From the human T2T-CHM13v2.0 reference genome, Homo sapiens: a DNA stretch of 64,000 nucleotides. Location: positions 23,200,001 through 23,264,000 of the forward strand of contig CP068257.2 in assembly GCA_009914755.4 (NCBI GenBank). Reading direction: 5' to 3'. Both the position numbers and the translations under genes were made by a program. This document shows, piece after piece, positions 41,010 through 53,103 of the stretch (positions are counted from its first letter, which is position 1; every line of letters begins with the position of its first letter). The notes below the pieces were generated by a model that was not told the origin of the DNA, ran no database searches, and was given only the letters and a program-made list of their open reading frames with translations.

Positions 41010-41399
41010 TTTAGACACCTGATATGGTTTGGCTGTGTCCCCACCCAAAAATCTCATCTTGAATTGTAATCCCCATAATCCCCGCTTGTCAAGAGTGGGA
41101 ACAGGTGGAGGTACTTGGATCATGGGGGTGGTATCCCCCATGCTGTTCTCATGATAGTGAGTAAGTCTCATGAGAACTGATTCTTTTAAAGCATCCGGCA
41201 TTTACTCCGCTTGCACTCATTCTCTCTCCTGCCACCCTGTGGAGAAGGTGCCTGCTTCTCCTTTGCCTTCCTCCATGATTGTAAGTTTCCTGAGGACTCC
41301 CCAGCCATGTGAAACTGTGAGTCAATTAAACCTCTTTCCTTTATAAATCACCCAGTCTCATGTATTTCTTCATAGCAGTGTGAAAACAGACTAGTACAA
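41010..41399 (+). mobile_element. MaLR LTR of the THE1/MST type (solo LTR)
   Basis: 'tgatatggtttggctgtgtccccacccaaaaatctcatcttgaattgtaatccccataatccccgcttgtcaagagtgggaacaggtggaggtacttggatcatgggggtggtatcccccatgctgttctcatgatagtgagtaagtctcatgagaactgattcttttaaag...ctgcttctcctttgccttcctccatgattgtaagtttcctgaggactccccagccatgtgaaactgtgagtcaattaaacctctttcctttataaatcacccagtctcatgtatttcttcatagcagtgtgaaaacagactagtacaa' matches the THE1/MST consensus (TGATATGGTTTGGCTGTGTCCCCACCCAAATCTCATCTTGAATTGTA...CCAGCCATGTGGAACTGTGAGTCCATTAAACCTCTTTCCTTTATAAATTACCCAGTCTC...GACTAATACA). Confidence 0.8.
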
Positions 41400-42562
41400 T
41401 ACCCCTGAAATATACATGGCATTTGTTTTTCTCCTGCAATGTATTTAGTGGTTTATCTGTTTATTGAATTCTTCTCAAGTCAGAAACAATAAAAATATAG
41501 TAGCTTCTTCTTAAATCATATCAGTCCATCTTTCCAATGTTATACTATTTTCTCTCATGGATTCAAAACTAAACCTAACTGTAGTAACATGATGATTTAT
41601 ATAACACAATAAACAAAATAATTATTGTGATAAGTAGTCATAGAATGTTGATGTTTGCTTATAAATGTATCATTCACATACAGAAGGTCCACATGATTTT
41701 TTGACTTTATGATGATGTGAAGTGATAGGCATTTGGTGGAAACCGTATTCTGAGTAGCCATACAAACATTCTGTTTTTCACTTTCAGTACAATATTAATT
41801 ATATGAAACATTTAACAGTTTATTATAAGATGGGCTTTGTGTTAGATGATTTTGTCCAACAGTGTGGGCAAAATATAGGTATTCTGAGCACATTTTAGGT
41901 AGCTTAGCCTCAGCTATGATGTTCAGCAGGTTAAATGTATTAAATGTATTTTGACTTATAATACTTTCAACTTATAATGTGTTTACTGGAACGTAACTCC
42001 ATCATAAGTAGGAGAGCATCTGTACTTTTCTACTTTTATCCTTCTCCCTCTTTGGGAGTTTGAAATATTTTTTAATTCACAAGAAAACCAATTAATTGTT
42101 AAAATCTAGTTGTTGAATTTCCACTAGTTCCTCCTCCAGGTATTTAGCAGGACACTTAAAATTAGTATGAGTTTTTCTTCCACAGTGGACACTAGTTATG
42201 CAAAAAAGAAATTGCATATTAGATAAATGTTGTTTAGCCTTGATGAGTGGATGGGTACATATATTTAGTCATATATGTTGGCTAACACTATGTAAGGGAA
42301 GAGATGTGATATTGGAGATTGTGTATTTCTTCGAAGGCTGTAACTGGATAAACAAAGGGGTCAGAGGAAAACCGGTGTAAGAAAAAAGCATTAAAAAGAA
42401 TGACGATTAAGCAGGTTTAGGAGGAAAGCAGATCCCTGTCTATGACTAAAGGAGGAGAGAGAAGCCAGCATATTGGCAAGTCTTCTGTCCTTCAGAACAC
42501 CTACACCTTATTTGTTTGGAGTAGTAGTGTTCAGCAATATTTATTTTCAAGATTGTAGGTCT

Positions 42563-42927
42563 GTGTATTAATCTGTTTTTATGTTGCTAATAAAGACATA
42601 CCTGAGACTGGATAATTTATAAAGGAAAGAGATTTAAGGGACTCACAGTTCCACATGGCTGGTGAAGCCTCACAGTCATAGCAGAAGGCAAAGGAGGAGC
42701 AAAGGCATGTTTTACATGGTGGCAGACAAGAGAGCATGTGCAGGGGAACTGCCTTTTATAAAACCATCAGATCTCATGAGACTTATTCACTATCATGAGA
42801 ACAGCACAGGAAAAACACACCCCCATGATTCAACTACCTCCCACCAGGTCCCTCCCATGAAACGTGGGGCTTATGGGAGCTACAATTCAACATGAGATTT
42901 GGGTGGGGACACAGCCAGACCATATCA
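42563..42927 (-). mobile_element. MaLR LTR of the THE1/MST type (solo LTR), antisense
   Basis: 'tgtattaatctgtttttatgttgctaataaagacatacctgagactggataatttataaaggaaagagatttaagggactcacagttccacatggctggtgaagcctcacagtcatagcagaaggcaaaggaggagcaaaggcatg...accatcagatctcatgagacttattcactatcatgagaacagcacagg...catgaaacgtggggcttatgggagctacaattcaacatgagatttgggtggggacacagccagaccatatca' is the reverse complement of the THE1/MST consensus. Confidence 0.8.
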
Positions 42928-45039
42928 GTCTTTAATGCTGCCTCTGCGGAAAAATCCCAATTTCTCTAATTTCTTTTATATATAAAATGTTTTGATCATG
43001 GACATCTCAGTGTGTTAAACACTCAGATGAAGACCATGAGGAAATCTGAGTTATCTTTGCAATTAGAATAACCTCCCAGATAATTAACATTAGTAAATAC
43101 TAAATTTCAATGCTTTATTTACCCCTCAAAGATTTGCTAAAAATATTTTATTTATCAACATTCAGTACAGTAACTCTATATATGAGCACCACAATTTTAT
43201 ACAGAAATAAGTCTTTGTATCTTGATGAATACTTAAGGCTTAGTAGTTAACAACATTTTTATCTACTGATGATACTAAGTGCTTTTGCAAGGTTAATGAA
43301 TTTTAATATGGAGGCCATTATGTTACTCTGTCTGCTTCTCACTGTCTGCTGCACTGAAAAAAAAATCCAATCTATTAAAACTCAGTGTGGAGCAAAGCCA
43401 TGAAGACCCACTAGTAATTGCTGGTTGATGACGTTGCACAGTAGTTGGTCCAAAAGAGATCTGGCCTTGCAGATCTGGCAGAGGAGTCTAGTAAAATGCC
43501 ACAAAAGTTATTGCAGAATATAAATCAGAAATTGAATAACAGTAGTCACCCCACTGATAGAACATTGAGGTTATGTTTACTCCAGTGGTAGCAACATGGT
43601 TATAGACCCACTGGCAGCATTCGTCTCAGGCAAATTAATTAGCTTAGTCTACTCCAAAGCCACTTAGCAAAGATTGCAAATCATTGGAGAAACCAATTAA
43701 ACCACAATAAGGAAGCCCATGCTGATCAGTTTGGCCATATATTATGGACTGCAGAATCTCCCAAGCATTCTCATTTTATGTGCATTCACATAATTATGAT
43801 CCTGGTCAGAATGGAAAAAGAGAAATTATTGAAACAATTGATTAAAATTTAAGTTTATATATGGGATGTTTGGATGTAATAAAATGCTAACAATTAGTCA
43901 TCTGAGTGAGAGAATGGTTTAAACTTTTCTTATAACTTTTGTATACATTTTAAATTATTTCAAAGTATGAATTATTTTAAAAAATTAAACTTCCAAAGAA
44001 TAAAAATGCATTATGAAATAAAAATAGTAATAATAAATAAATAACCTAACAGCCAAACCTACCATAATAATTTTATTTTCAATCAAGTCAACCTTAAAAT
44101 TAAAAAGTAAATAGGAAAATGATGGTATCTTTGTTTTTATTGTTGGTCAAATCACTCTCAGTGAATGTAATACTTACTGAACAGAAACACAAAAGGTAAT
44201 AATACATTACGGATATTTAAAAAGCAGGTCTTGATATAACTGTATTTTTTAGAAAGAGTCTATGTTTCCTATTTTAAGGGCGTGTACAATCAAGGCAGTG
44301 CATGGCACAAAATATTTTTTCTGTTTTAATATTGTTTGCACAGCTGCCCAGTACTTTAGAAAAAAATCAGATCAGGCATATTTTGAAGTAATTCATGGTC
44401 TTTGGGAGTGAAGTAGAACGTAGAACAGCCACAGAGATGACATCTTCAGTGCTATTTGCAGCCTGGATATACCCTCACATGCTCTCTTGTCCCAAAAGAC
44501 ATCCAAAGCAGGCCTGGATGGCTTCTGAATATTTGGTGTTTTCTCATATCATCACCTTCTAAATTCAGGCTCCTTATTAGAGGAAGACAAGCCTATCAGA
44601 ACAGATGTTCAGTTGAGTGGAAAGAACAGACTACGGACTGAATCAGTAAATCATTAAATGGATACTTTAAGAAAACAAATTCATTATTTTTGTTTTTATA
44701 TTACCCAGATTTTGACAAAATATATGCCTTTTTCATATCATGATCATTTTAATGAAGAGTTTTCTCTCACACAAACACTTACTAATGAATATAACAGGAT
44801 CTTTGTTTCTGCTGAATTCAGACAAAAATTGTACATTTTCAACCAAATTTCCTGAAAGAAATGTGAAAACATTTAGGCAACAGAAGTTGCCTGACATTGA
44901 TGCCTCACTCATTTGTGAAATGTCTTATTATTTAGTCTATCAATCAGGGCCATAGATTTTATTGGATTTAGCTACCTAATGTCTGCACCTCATTTCATTT
45001 TGGTAATTTATTTATTTATTTTTAAATGGGTAAATAAAA

Positions 45040-45390
45040 ATTGTATATATTTATCAGGTACAACATGTTTTGAAATATGCATACATTGTGGAATCCCTAA
45101 ATCAAACTAATTGACATATATATTTTCTCACATACCATTTTGTGGGAACAGTTAAAATCTATTCTTTCAGCAGTTTTCAAGAATATATTGTTATTAGCTA
45201 TAATTCACTATATATTATCTCTGGAACTTGTTTCTCTTGCCTAACCCAAATTTTTTATTATTTGATTAACATCCTCCTAACACCATTCTCCTGCCCACCC
45301 CCAACGCTTGGTAACTACCATTCTAACTCTCTGCTTCTATGAGTTCCACATTTTTAGATTCTTCATGTAAGGGAGTTTATGCGTAGTGTT
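45040..45390 (-). mobile_element. Possible ancient L1 3' UTR fragment, antisense
   Basis: '...tataattcactatatattatctctggaacttgtttctcttgcctaacccaaattttttattatttgattaacatcctcctaacaccattctcctgcccacccccaacgcttggtaactaccattctaactctctgcttctatgagttccacatttttagattc' loosely parallels the antisense L1 3' UTR ('...ccccacttccccccaacccccactacccttcccagcctctggtaaccatcattctactctctatctccatgagttcaattgttttaatttttagctccc'). The match is weak. Confidence 0.4.
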
Positions 45391-47356
45391 TTTCTTTCTT
45401 TTAGGCAATATCCAGTTCAAATCCTCATTTGCCATAAAGCCTTGCAAGAGCACTCCTTCAAAAAGTGATCTCTCCTCTTCAGGTGGTATGGCATGATTTC
45501 CAAAAGTTTGCTCCATTGAATGTTCTGATCCTTGAAATGATGTGTTTTCTATAAATTATATTTTCAATTAAGTTTGGAAAGTACTATAGACTACAACTCC
45601 TCTTGCAGAGATTGAGAAGGCAGATTCACTATTAAGAGTTCTGAAATTGCCAGAATTAATAAATCAAATTAGCTTGGTTTAGTCTAGGTTTTTCTAACGT
45701 ACTTGATGATGGAAGCTTTCCCCGTCCGCTAAGATTTATTCACATCCTCCTGAATTATATTTCATATATCTCAATTTAAGAAATGCTATATTATGAAAAG
45801 TAGATAAAATATATAGTGATGAATTATTTTACTATTTTAGGGTGTGTTCATTTTTTGCAGTCAAATTGGTTATTTTCTTATTTTCCTTTTTGCACATTCA
45901 TGACTGCTTTGAGCATTGTGTTCTTTCTTGGTTCTCCCAAAATACCTAACAGCATCATGGTAGGTTTTCAATCTTTTTGATTTAGCAAAATTATTTTTAT
46001 AAAAATATGAATTAAACAAATATAAAAATAAAAAATATGTCTTGATGAAACACTAAGTAATACCATGTTTAATTAATTGTCTGAAAAGACATAAAAATGG
46101 CATAAAGAATAGTGTAGGTATACACATACCACAGAGCTTAAAAAATAAAACTTGAAAATAAAAGTTGAAGATCCTTGTATATCCCTTCCTGGTGGCATTT
46201 CATGCTATTTAGAGGAACTCACCATCCTAAAGTTATTCTTCCTCATTTTTAAAGCTTTTCTAACAGTTTATTACAAGCCCTGTATCCTTAAGCAGTAGTG
46301 TCGACTTATTTTATAATTTATATAAATGGTTCTGCTGTGTTTCTTTAACTTTTTTCTTATAAATATATTTGTGATTTTTAGCCTTACTAAAAAATAGTCC
46401 CAAGAATTTATACATTTAATGCTGAATAGAACCATGTTATTTGAGCACAATTATCATTATTATTATATTATTGTATATGCATTACAATTTGCTGGTGCTT
46501 GAAACAATACTTCTGTGAATATTCTGAAATGTAGCAGCATTAATGCTGTTGGATGTATTCCATTATACTTGGTCATAAAAGCAATTTCTGCACCATAATA
46601 TATGCATATGTTTACTTTCATTGTGTCCCAGTTACCTATTACTGGGTAACAACTAACCTCCAAAACGTTGTAGTGAAAAAGAACCACGATTTGATTTCAC
46701 TGACAGAACTGTGGATGTCTGGGATAGTGGAGAAGGCTGAGGTGGCTTAAATACTGATATATCTGAATCCTTTAGCTTGTGGACTCACATCTGCTAGTCC
46801 AGGAATTAAAGAAAAAAAAATACACACTGTAAAATCAGCCTGTGGCCTGATTGTATATGGCCCCTGAAATAGAAGTCATTTTTACATTTGTAAAGGGTTA
46901 TTTTTAAAAAGAAAAAAAAAACTCAAGGAAGTAATAGAAGTCTTTATGTGATCCTCAAAACCTATATTATTTATACTATGTGGCCTATTACAGAGAAACA
47001 AAATAAAAATAAAAGCTTTGCTAACAAATAACTTGGATATGGCATGTGACGAATTTTTTAAAAAATATATTATTACAAACTCTGCCTTTACTGATAAATG
47101 TAGTACAGCTGTATTTATTGTGTTTACTAGAAGGTTTAGGGTGTTTTCCCTACCATCATGTGTACTACTTTCTATTCATTATTTTTCCCTTTTACACATT
47201 TATATTTTTACAATTTATTTTTGAAATAAAATGTACACAGTGAAAAAAATGTCTTCAATATCTTATTTTGTTTAAGGATCATAACAAAGCTCTTAGTGTA
47301 ACTTTAAAATAATCTATAACTTAATCTACTATTTTGAGTGAGAACCGGTCTCAAAA

Positions 47357-47397
47357 ATATATATATATATGTGTGTGTATATATATATATATATATG
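47357..47397. repeat. (TA)n(TG)n(TA)n compound microsatellite
   Basis: 'atatatatatatgtgtgtgtatatatatatatatatatg'. Confidence 0.9.
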
Positions 47398-49016
47398 ATG
47401 TTCTAGTGCTATTTCAATATAAACTAACTTAACTCCTGCCATAAGTTCTGCCCCATTAGCCAAATGCATTTTTAATATTTTTTCTTTGGATATAATTCCT
47501 AGGTACTTGCTTAGTGATATGATTCCATAATGCTTTGACCTAAAGCATCACATACATTTCAAAATTACCTGAATTCTTAATCTCTTATCCCCCAACTAAT
47601 AGTCTTGTGCAAAGATGCACAAGAATGTGCCTGAAGGCAATTTATATGCAGAATAAGTAATGCAGAGAGTGAGGCAATTATCGCAGCTGGTTATCTATAG
47701 TGATTAAATTCACCTTCGAGTTGCTCTCTTCTCCAAATCATATGACAAACACACAGGTAAAGGATTCAGTTAAAATTATAATTCCTTCCATTCACCAGGT
47801 AATACGTGTCTTCTTTCGTGGAAACAGAACTCATCTGAATGATTATGATTTGGCATTCACATAGAAAAGTGGTTCTCAAAGTTTAGTGCCTATCAAAATC
47901 ACCTGAAGAGCCTCTTAAAAAATGGAGTACTGAGTTCAAAAATAGAGTGCTGAGTCCTACTTCCAGAATTACTGATTCAATGGGTCTATAAGGGGCCAAG
48001 TTGTTGTGTTTCTAGCAGGTTTCCAGGTAATGGTAAAGACGCTATTCTCGGCATCACTTTAAGAATCATTAATCATCGCTACTATTAAAGAATCGATCAT
48101 ATTGCAACACCCGGAATAATAAGGAATATTAAACATTCCCCCATTTTCAGAGCAATCCTAGCTTTATATAATCAATTAGGGCTTACCCATTCTTTTTGCC
48201 AACTTCTAGTAATTTACCAACTCTGTCTGTTAAGTATAAATTAAGCTGCTGACCGAAGTTCTTATTATATTTCCTCAATTGTGTATGAGAAATGAAATAT
48301 TGAATGAAATCATCACTTGACCAGAGATAAATCCTTACAATATTTTTAGAATGCTAAATCGTATTAGTATCTCCATTAAAGAAATTAGTACAAATTAAAG
48401 GAGATCAGGAAACTCTGTGGGACAGGTTTTGTGAATCAATTAGGTAGGCTGATTATCAAATTAATACTTCCAATTATTCTTGAAAGAAATAATTAAGCAC
48501 CATAGCCTGTCTGCTTAAGAAGAAGAAGTTGGAACATAAATAGGTAGAACCATGTTTATATATGTAGGGTAAGGTTGAGAGAGAAGAGAAGTCCGGTAAC
48601 AATGATGCATTTCATGAGGCATCAGAAAACATCCATGATTTCATCAATTCTAGAACTGCTTAGATTTCTTGCATTTCTGAGGTTGCTACATAAAATACAG
48701 AACACCCAGTTAAATTTGAATTTCAAATGAACAATGGATATCTTTTAGCACAAGGATGTCCTAAATATTGCATGGGAAATATATTACTATAAATTATTTA
48801 TTATTTTTCTCAGCATTAAATTTAACTAAGGTTTTCATCTGCTAAATCTGGCAACCATATTCTAATTGGACCTGCTCATGTAAAACATTTGGCAGATGTA
48901 TGGCTGTATATGACCAGGTAGGAATAAAGAGGTTTTTTTCTCTATTTTTCCCAATATATATCATTGTTTGTATCATACAGTGTTTAGTTAGGGAAACATA
49001 ACTCCTTTGAGAATTA

Positions 49017-49451
<435 letters not shown>

Positions 49452-49697
49452 TCTGGGAATCCAGGCATGTCCAATTTCTGGAGTAGGAATGTGAAGGAAA
49501 ATTAATAAAAAAGATTATGAAGGGCTCTTCCCTCTCTGCCTTTGGAGGTTGGCCTATGGACAACAAAAATATAGCCAATGGGTGAATGATGTTCAGGATA
49601 TAGATCAACAGGTCAAGAGTGAAGTTGGAATTGCAGATAAAGATTTCAGTTGCTCCCACCAACATAGTAATTTAAGCTAATTGGCACCCTATACTTC

Positions 49698-50063
49698 TTG
49701 TCTTAGTTGAGGGTTCTGTAACAAAAATACCATAGACTGGATAGCTAAACAACAAGCATGTATTTCTCACAGTTGTAGAGGCTGAGAAGTCCAAGATCAA
49801 GGTGCCACCAGATCCAGTGTCTGGTGAGAGCCCTCCTTCTGGTTGCACATGGCTGTCTTCTTGCTGCATCCTTACATGGTAGAGAGGGGAGAGCAAGAGC
49901 AAACATGTGTCTCTTCTTATAGGGGCACTAATGTTACTAATGAGGGTTCCACCCTCGTAGCCCAATTACGTCTCAAAGGCACCACCTCCCAAAATCATCA
50001 CATTGGGGTTTATGATTTCAACATTTGATTTTTTGGGGGTGATGCAAACATTCAGCCCATAGG
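49698..50063 (+). mobile_element. MaLR LTR, MLT1-like (solo)
   Basis: 'ttgtcttagttgagggttctgtaacaaaaataccatagactggatagctaaacaacaagcatgtatttctcacagttgtagaggctgagaagtccaagatcaaggtgccaccagatccagtgtctggtgagagccctccttctggttgcacatggctgtcttcttgctgcatccttacatggtagagagg...cattggggtttatgatttcaacatttgattttttgggggtgatgcaaacattcagcccatagga' follows the MLT1 consensus almost motif by motif. Confidence 0.7.
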
Positions 50064-50506
50064 ACTTTTCCTATTTCTATTCTTATCAGGCACTATGGCA
50101 AGTTGTAGATTTGTAAATCCCCTGTTAATAAAGAGATCTCTCTAACTGAATTCTCACACTTGTGCCTTGGTTTGTTATTTCAAAACACTAAAAATTTTTT
50201 GCATTACTTAGTAGCAGATATGTTTCAATCAAAAATACATAGGAAAAATAATAAGACAGTCAACTGTTTTATTTTTCAAAGGTAGGGGAGGCATTTTATT
50301 TTATTTTTTAAACTTTCCTAACCCTATTTATTACATAAATAGGAGAATTTATGAATTTCTTATGAAAACAAGACTAGAAGAGACTAAAGTGAAGACATCG
50401 AGCCTCCTCACTGGCTGACGTTTATTGTTGAGAAAAGTTTAAGCCCCTTCATATCTTCCACATCTCCCATAACTTCTATTTTGGCATAATGCTAAAAGAG
50501 TATTCT

Positions 50507-50646
50507 ATATATTTAAATATAATGAAGGCTATAGTATATTCAAAAGTTGGATTACATTGACTAGTCAATTCAAACAACCATTAATGGTTGTCAGTCAATG
50601 TAATCCAACTTTTGAATGTGCTATAGCCTTCATTATATTGCATTAA
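50507..50646. repeat. ~140-bp near-perfect palindrome (inverted repeat with ~47-bp arms, 2 mismatches, and an inner palindromic core 'caaccattaatggttg'); candidate MITE-like non-autonomous DNA transposon
   Basis: The left arm 'aatataatgaaggctatagtatattcaaaagttggattacattgact' is the reverse complement of the right arm 'agtcaatgtaatccaacttttgaatgtgctatagccttcattatattgc'. The centre 'agtcaattcaaacaaccattaatggttgtc' is itself palindromic except for an 11-bp one-sided insertion. Not matched to a named family. Confidence 0.6.
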
Positions 50647-50767
50647 ATGCAGCTTAAACTTCCTGAGCAGTTTAAGCACTTTAAGCTACACTGCTAATCT
50701 GTTATAATAGACTAATGCAATGTTCCATTGTTTGTGTTCATTCTGAGTCTGCGAATTTAGTCCTTTC

Positions 50768-51289
50768 AATTCACTCTTTTTTTAATATTATTTTATTATA
50801 TTTTTATTTATTTTTTATTTTACTTTAAGCTCTGGGGTACAAGTGCAGAACGTGCAGGTTTATTACATAGGTATACATGTGCCATGGTGGTTTGCGGCAC
50901 CCATCAACCCATCATCTACATTAGGTATTTCTCCTAATGCTATCCCTCCCCAGCCCCCCACCCACTAACAAGCCCTGGTGTTGATGTTCCCCTCCCTGTG
51001 TCCATGTGTTCTAATTGTTCAACTCCCACTTTTGAATGAGAACACATGGTGTTTGGTTTTCTGTTCTTGTGTTAGTTCGCTGAGAATGATGGTTTCCAGC
51101 TTCATCCATGTCCCTGCAAAGGACATGAACTCATCCTTTTTTATGGCTGCATAGTATTCCATGGTGTATATGTGCCACATTTTCTTTATCCAGTCTATCA
51201 CTGATGGGCATTTGGGTTGTTATCAAGTCTTTGATATTGTGAACAGTGCCACAGTAAACATATGTGTGCATGTGTCTTTATAATAGAAT
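50768..51289 (-). mobile_element. L1PA-type 3' end (ORF2 C-terminus plus 3' UTR), antisense, 5'-truncated, with a T-rich (poly-A) tail on the left
   Basis: 'ttactttaagctctggggtacaagtgcagaacgtgcaggtttattacataggtatacatgtgccatggtggtttgcggcacccatcaacccatcatctacattaggtatttctcctaatgctatccctcccc...gttcaactcccacttttgaatgagaacacatggtgtttggttttctgttcttgtgttagttcgctgagaatgatggtttccagcttcatccatgtccctgcaaaggacatgaactcatccttttttatggctgcatagtattccatggtgtatatgtgccacattttctttatccagtctatcactgatgggcatttggg'. The minus ORF 51019-51201 translates to MIDWIKKMWHIYTMEYYAAIKKDEFMSFAGTWMKLETIILSELTQEQKTKHHVFSF, the ORF2 C-terminus. Confidence 0.9.
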
Positions 51290-51585
51290 TATTTATTTTA
51301 ATTTGAGATGGAGTCTTGCTCTGCTGCCCAGGCTGGAGCACAGTGGCATGATCTCAGCTCACTGCAACTTTTGCTTCCCAGGTTCAAATAATTCTCCTGC
51401 CTCAGCCTTCCAAATAGCTAGGATTACAGGTGCCCACCACCAAAGCCAGCTAATTTTTTGTATTTTTAGTAGAGACAGAACTTCACCATGTTGGCCAGGC
51501 TGGTCTCGAACTTCCAGCCTCAGGTGATCCACCCACCTCGGCCTCCCAAAGTTATGATTACAGGCATGAGCCACTGTGCCTGGCC
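51290..51585 (-). mobile_element. Alu, antisense, directly abutting the 5'-truncation point of the L1 at 50768-51289; the Alu-L1 composite is flanked by one TSD pair
   Basis: 'tttattttaatttgagatggagtcttgctctgctgcccaggctggagcacagtggcatgatctcagctcactgcaacttttgcttcccaggttcaaataattctcctgcctcagccttccaaatagctaggattacaggtgcccaccaccaaagccagctaattttttgtatttttagtagagacagaacttcaccatgttggccaggctggtctcgaacttccagcctcaggtgatccacccacctcggcctcccaaagttatgattacaggcatgagccactgtgcctggcc'. 'tcaattcactct' occurs at 50756-50767 and 51586-51597. Confidence 0.9.
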
Positions 51586-52810
51586 TCAATTCACTCTCTT
51601 AACCAGAAAAATCAGTCAAATATTAGATTATTCCACAGTTAAATTATAATTAAAATAATCTGAGCAACTTAATCATCAACATTCTTTTATTTCTTAATAT
51701 ATATATTTTAAATTTCCTAACTAAAATGTATTGATTTAGTATTTTTTAAAAAAGTGTTTTTAGTATTCATATTTTGTACAAGTGCATGGCACATACGTAA
51801 ATTTAAGAAATATTAAACTTATTAAGATAACAAGAATTTCAAGTACTTATTTTTTATGTTTCCAACACCACTTCTTTTTTTATTTTTTATTTTAAGCTGT
51901 TTATCATGTTAGGGCTAATGAGCATGCAGTATAATATGCTTACATATTATTTATGTAATTCTAGAATTACCTATTTTGATGACAATGCTAAATTCTTATG
52001 CCTCTTTTTTTTAATTACTACTGATAGCACAGTTAGATTTTCTACTCTCAATTTTATAAAAGTGGAAAAATATAATATTCATTTATATTTTAGGTAAAAA
52101 TTTGAAAATCTATAATTTTAACAATTATTTTCCATAACCTAAATGTGACTGTATGTTTTGAATATGTATAAACAGTGAATATTTATTTTAATAAATACTG
52201 TTTTGCAGTCCATGTAAACCATGCAGAAGCAAATTTATTTGGGACTGATTACAGACTTTAATAGCTCATCTCATGAGGACATAAGCAGATCAAATTAAAG
52301 TATTAATAATACTCTGACACAATTGATTTGATACTCCAGGCGAAAATATTATCATGGATCACAGTGCAGGAAAACATGGTATTGGTTATTCTAGGTAAAT
52401 AAAGGGTAGGAAATTTATTATACTTTTTTTATTTTGACCCCATGAGGTAAGATTTGGTCTTAAATGCTACATGATCATAGCATGAACCCAACAGCTTAGA
52501 ATTTCTAAGCCATCCTAAAATTGCTTTAGTGACGTTTAGTAAACAAATATTTTTGGATGTTTCTTTTTACCAGGCAATATGCTGGGCATGGGGAATATGA
52601 AGATGACAGAAGTACACATTATCCCAGTTTATTAGTTTATGTTTACTGTTTGTTTTATATGTTATGAAAGAAAACAAATGAATAGAAAATTCAAATAAAC
52701 AGAGAAAACAAATAGTGGGTAATGTGCACATGTTTACTTTAGAAAGGTGACTGGAACTGGCTTTTCTGTGGAAGCAATATTGAATGGGAGATTTAAAAAT
52801 CAAGAAGAAT

Positions 52811-53103
52811 GGCCAGGTGCAGTGGCTCACACCTATAATACCAGCACTTTGGGAGGCTGAGGCAGGTGGATCACATGAGATCAGGAGTTTGAGACCAGCC
52901 TAACCAACAAAACGAAACCTCATCTCTACTAAAAATGCAAAAATTAGCTGGGCTTGGTGGTGAGCACCTGTAATCCCAGCTACTCAGGAGGCTGAGGCGG
53001 GAGAATTGCTTAAACCCAGGAAGCGGAAGTTTCAGTGAGCGGAGATGGCACCATTGCACTCCAGCCCTGGGGGCAAGAGCAAAACTCCATCTCAAAAAGA
53101 AAA
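52811..53103 (+). mobile_element. AluS-like Alu with 12-bp TSD
   Basis: 'ggccaggtgcagtggctcacacctataataccagcactttgggaggctgaggcaggtggatcacatgagatcaggagtttgagaccagcctaaccaacaaaacgaaacctcatctctactaaaaatgcaaaaattagctgggcttggtggtgagcacctgtaatcccagctactcaggaggctgaggcgggagaattgcttaaacccaggaagcggaagtttcagtgagcggagatggcaccattgcactccagccctgggggcaagagcaaaactccatctcaaaaagaaaaaaaa'. The TSD 'aaaaatcaagaa' is at 52795-52806 and 53104-53115. Confidence 0.95.

Noticed and set aside
41400-42562. Possibility that sequence between the two THE1/MST LTRs is an ERV internal region, which would make a complete provirus
   Set aside because: The LTRs are in opposite orientation, which is incompatible with a provirus. 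I could not recognise gag/pol-like coding potential in the intervening 1.16 kb.
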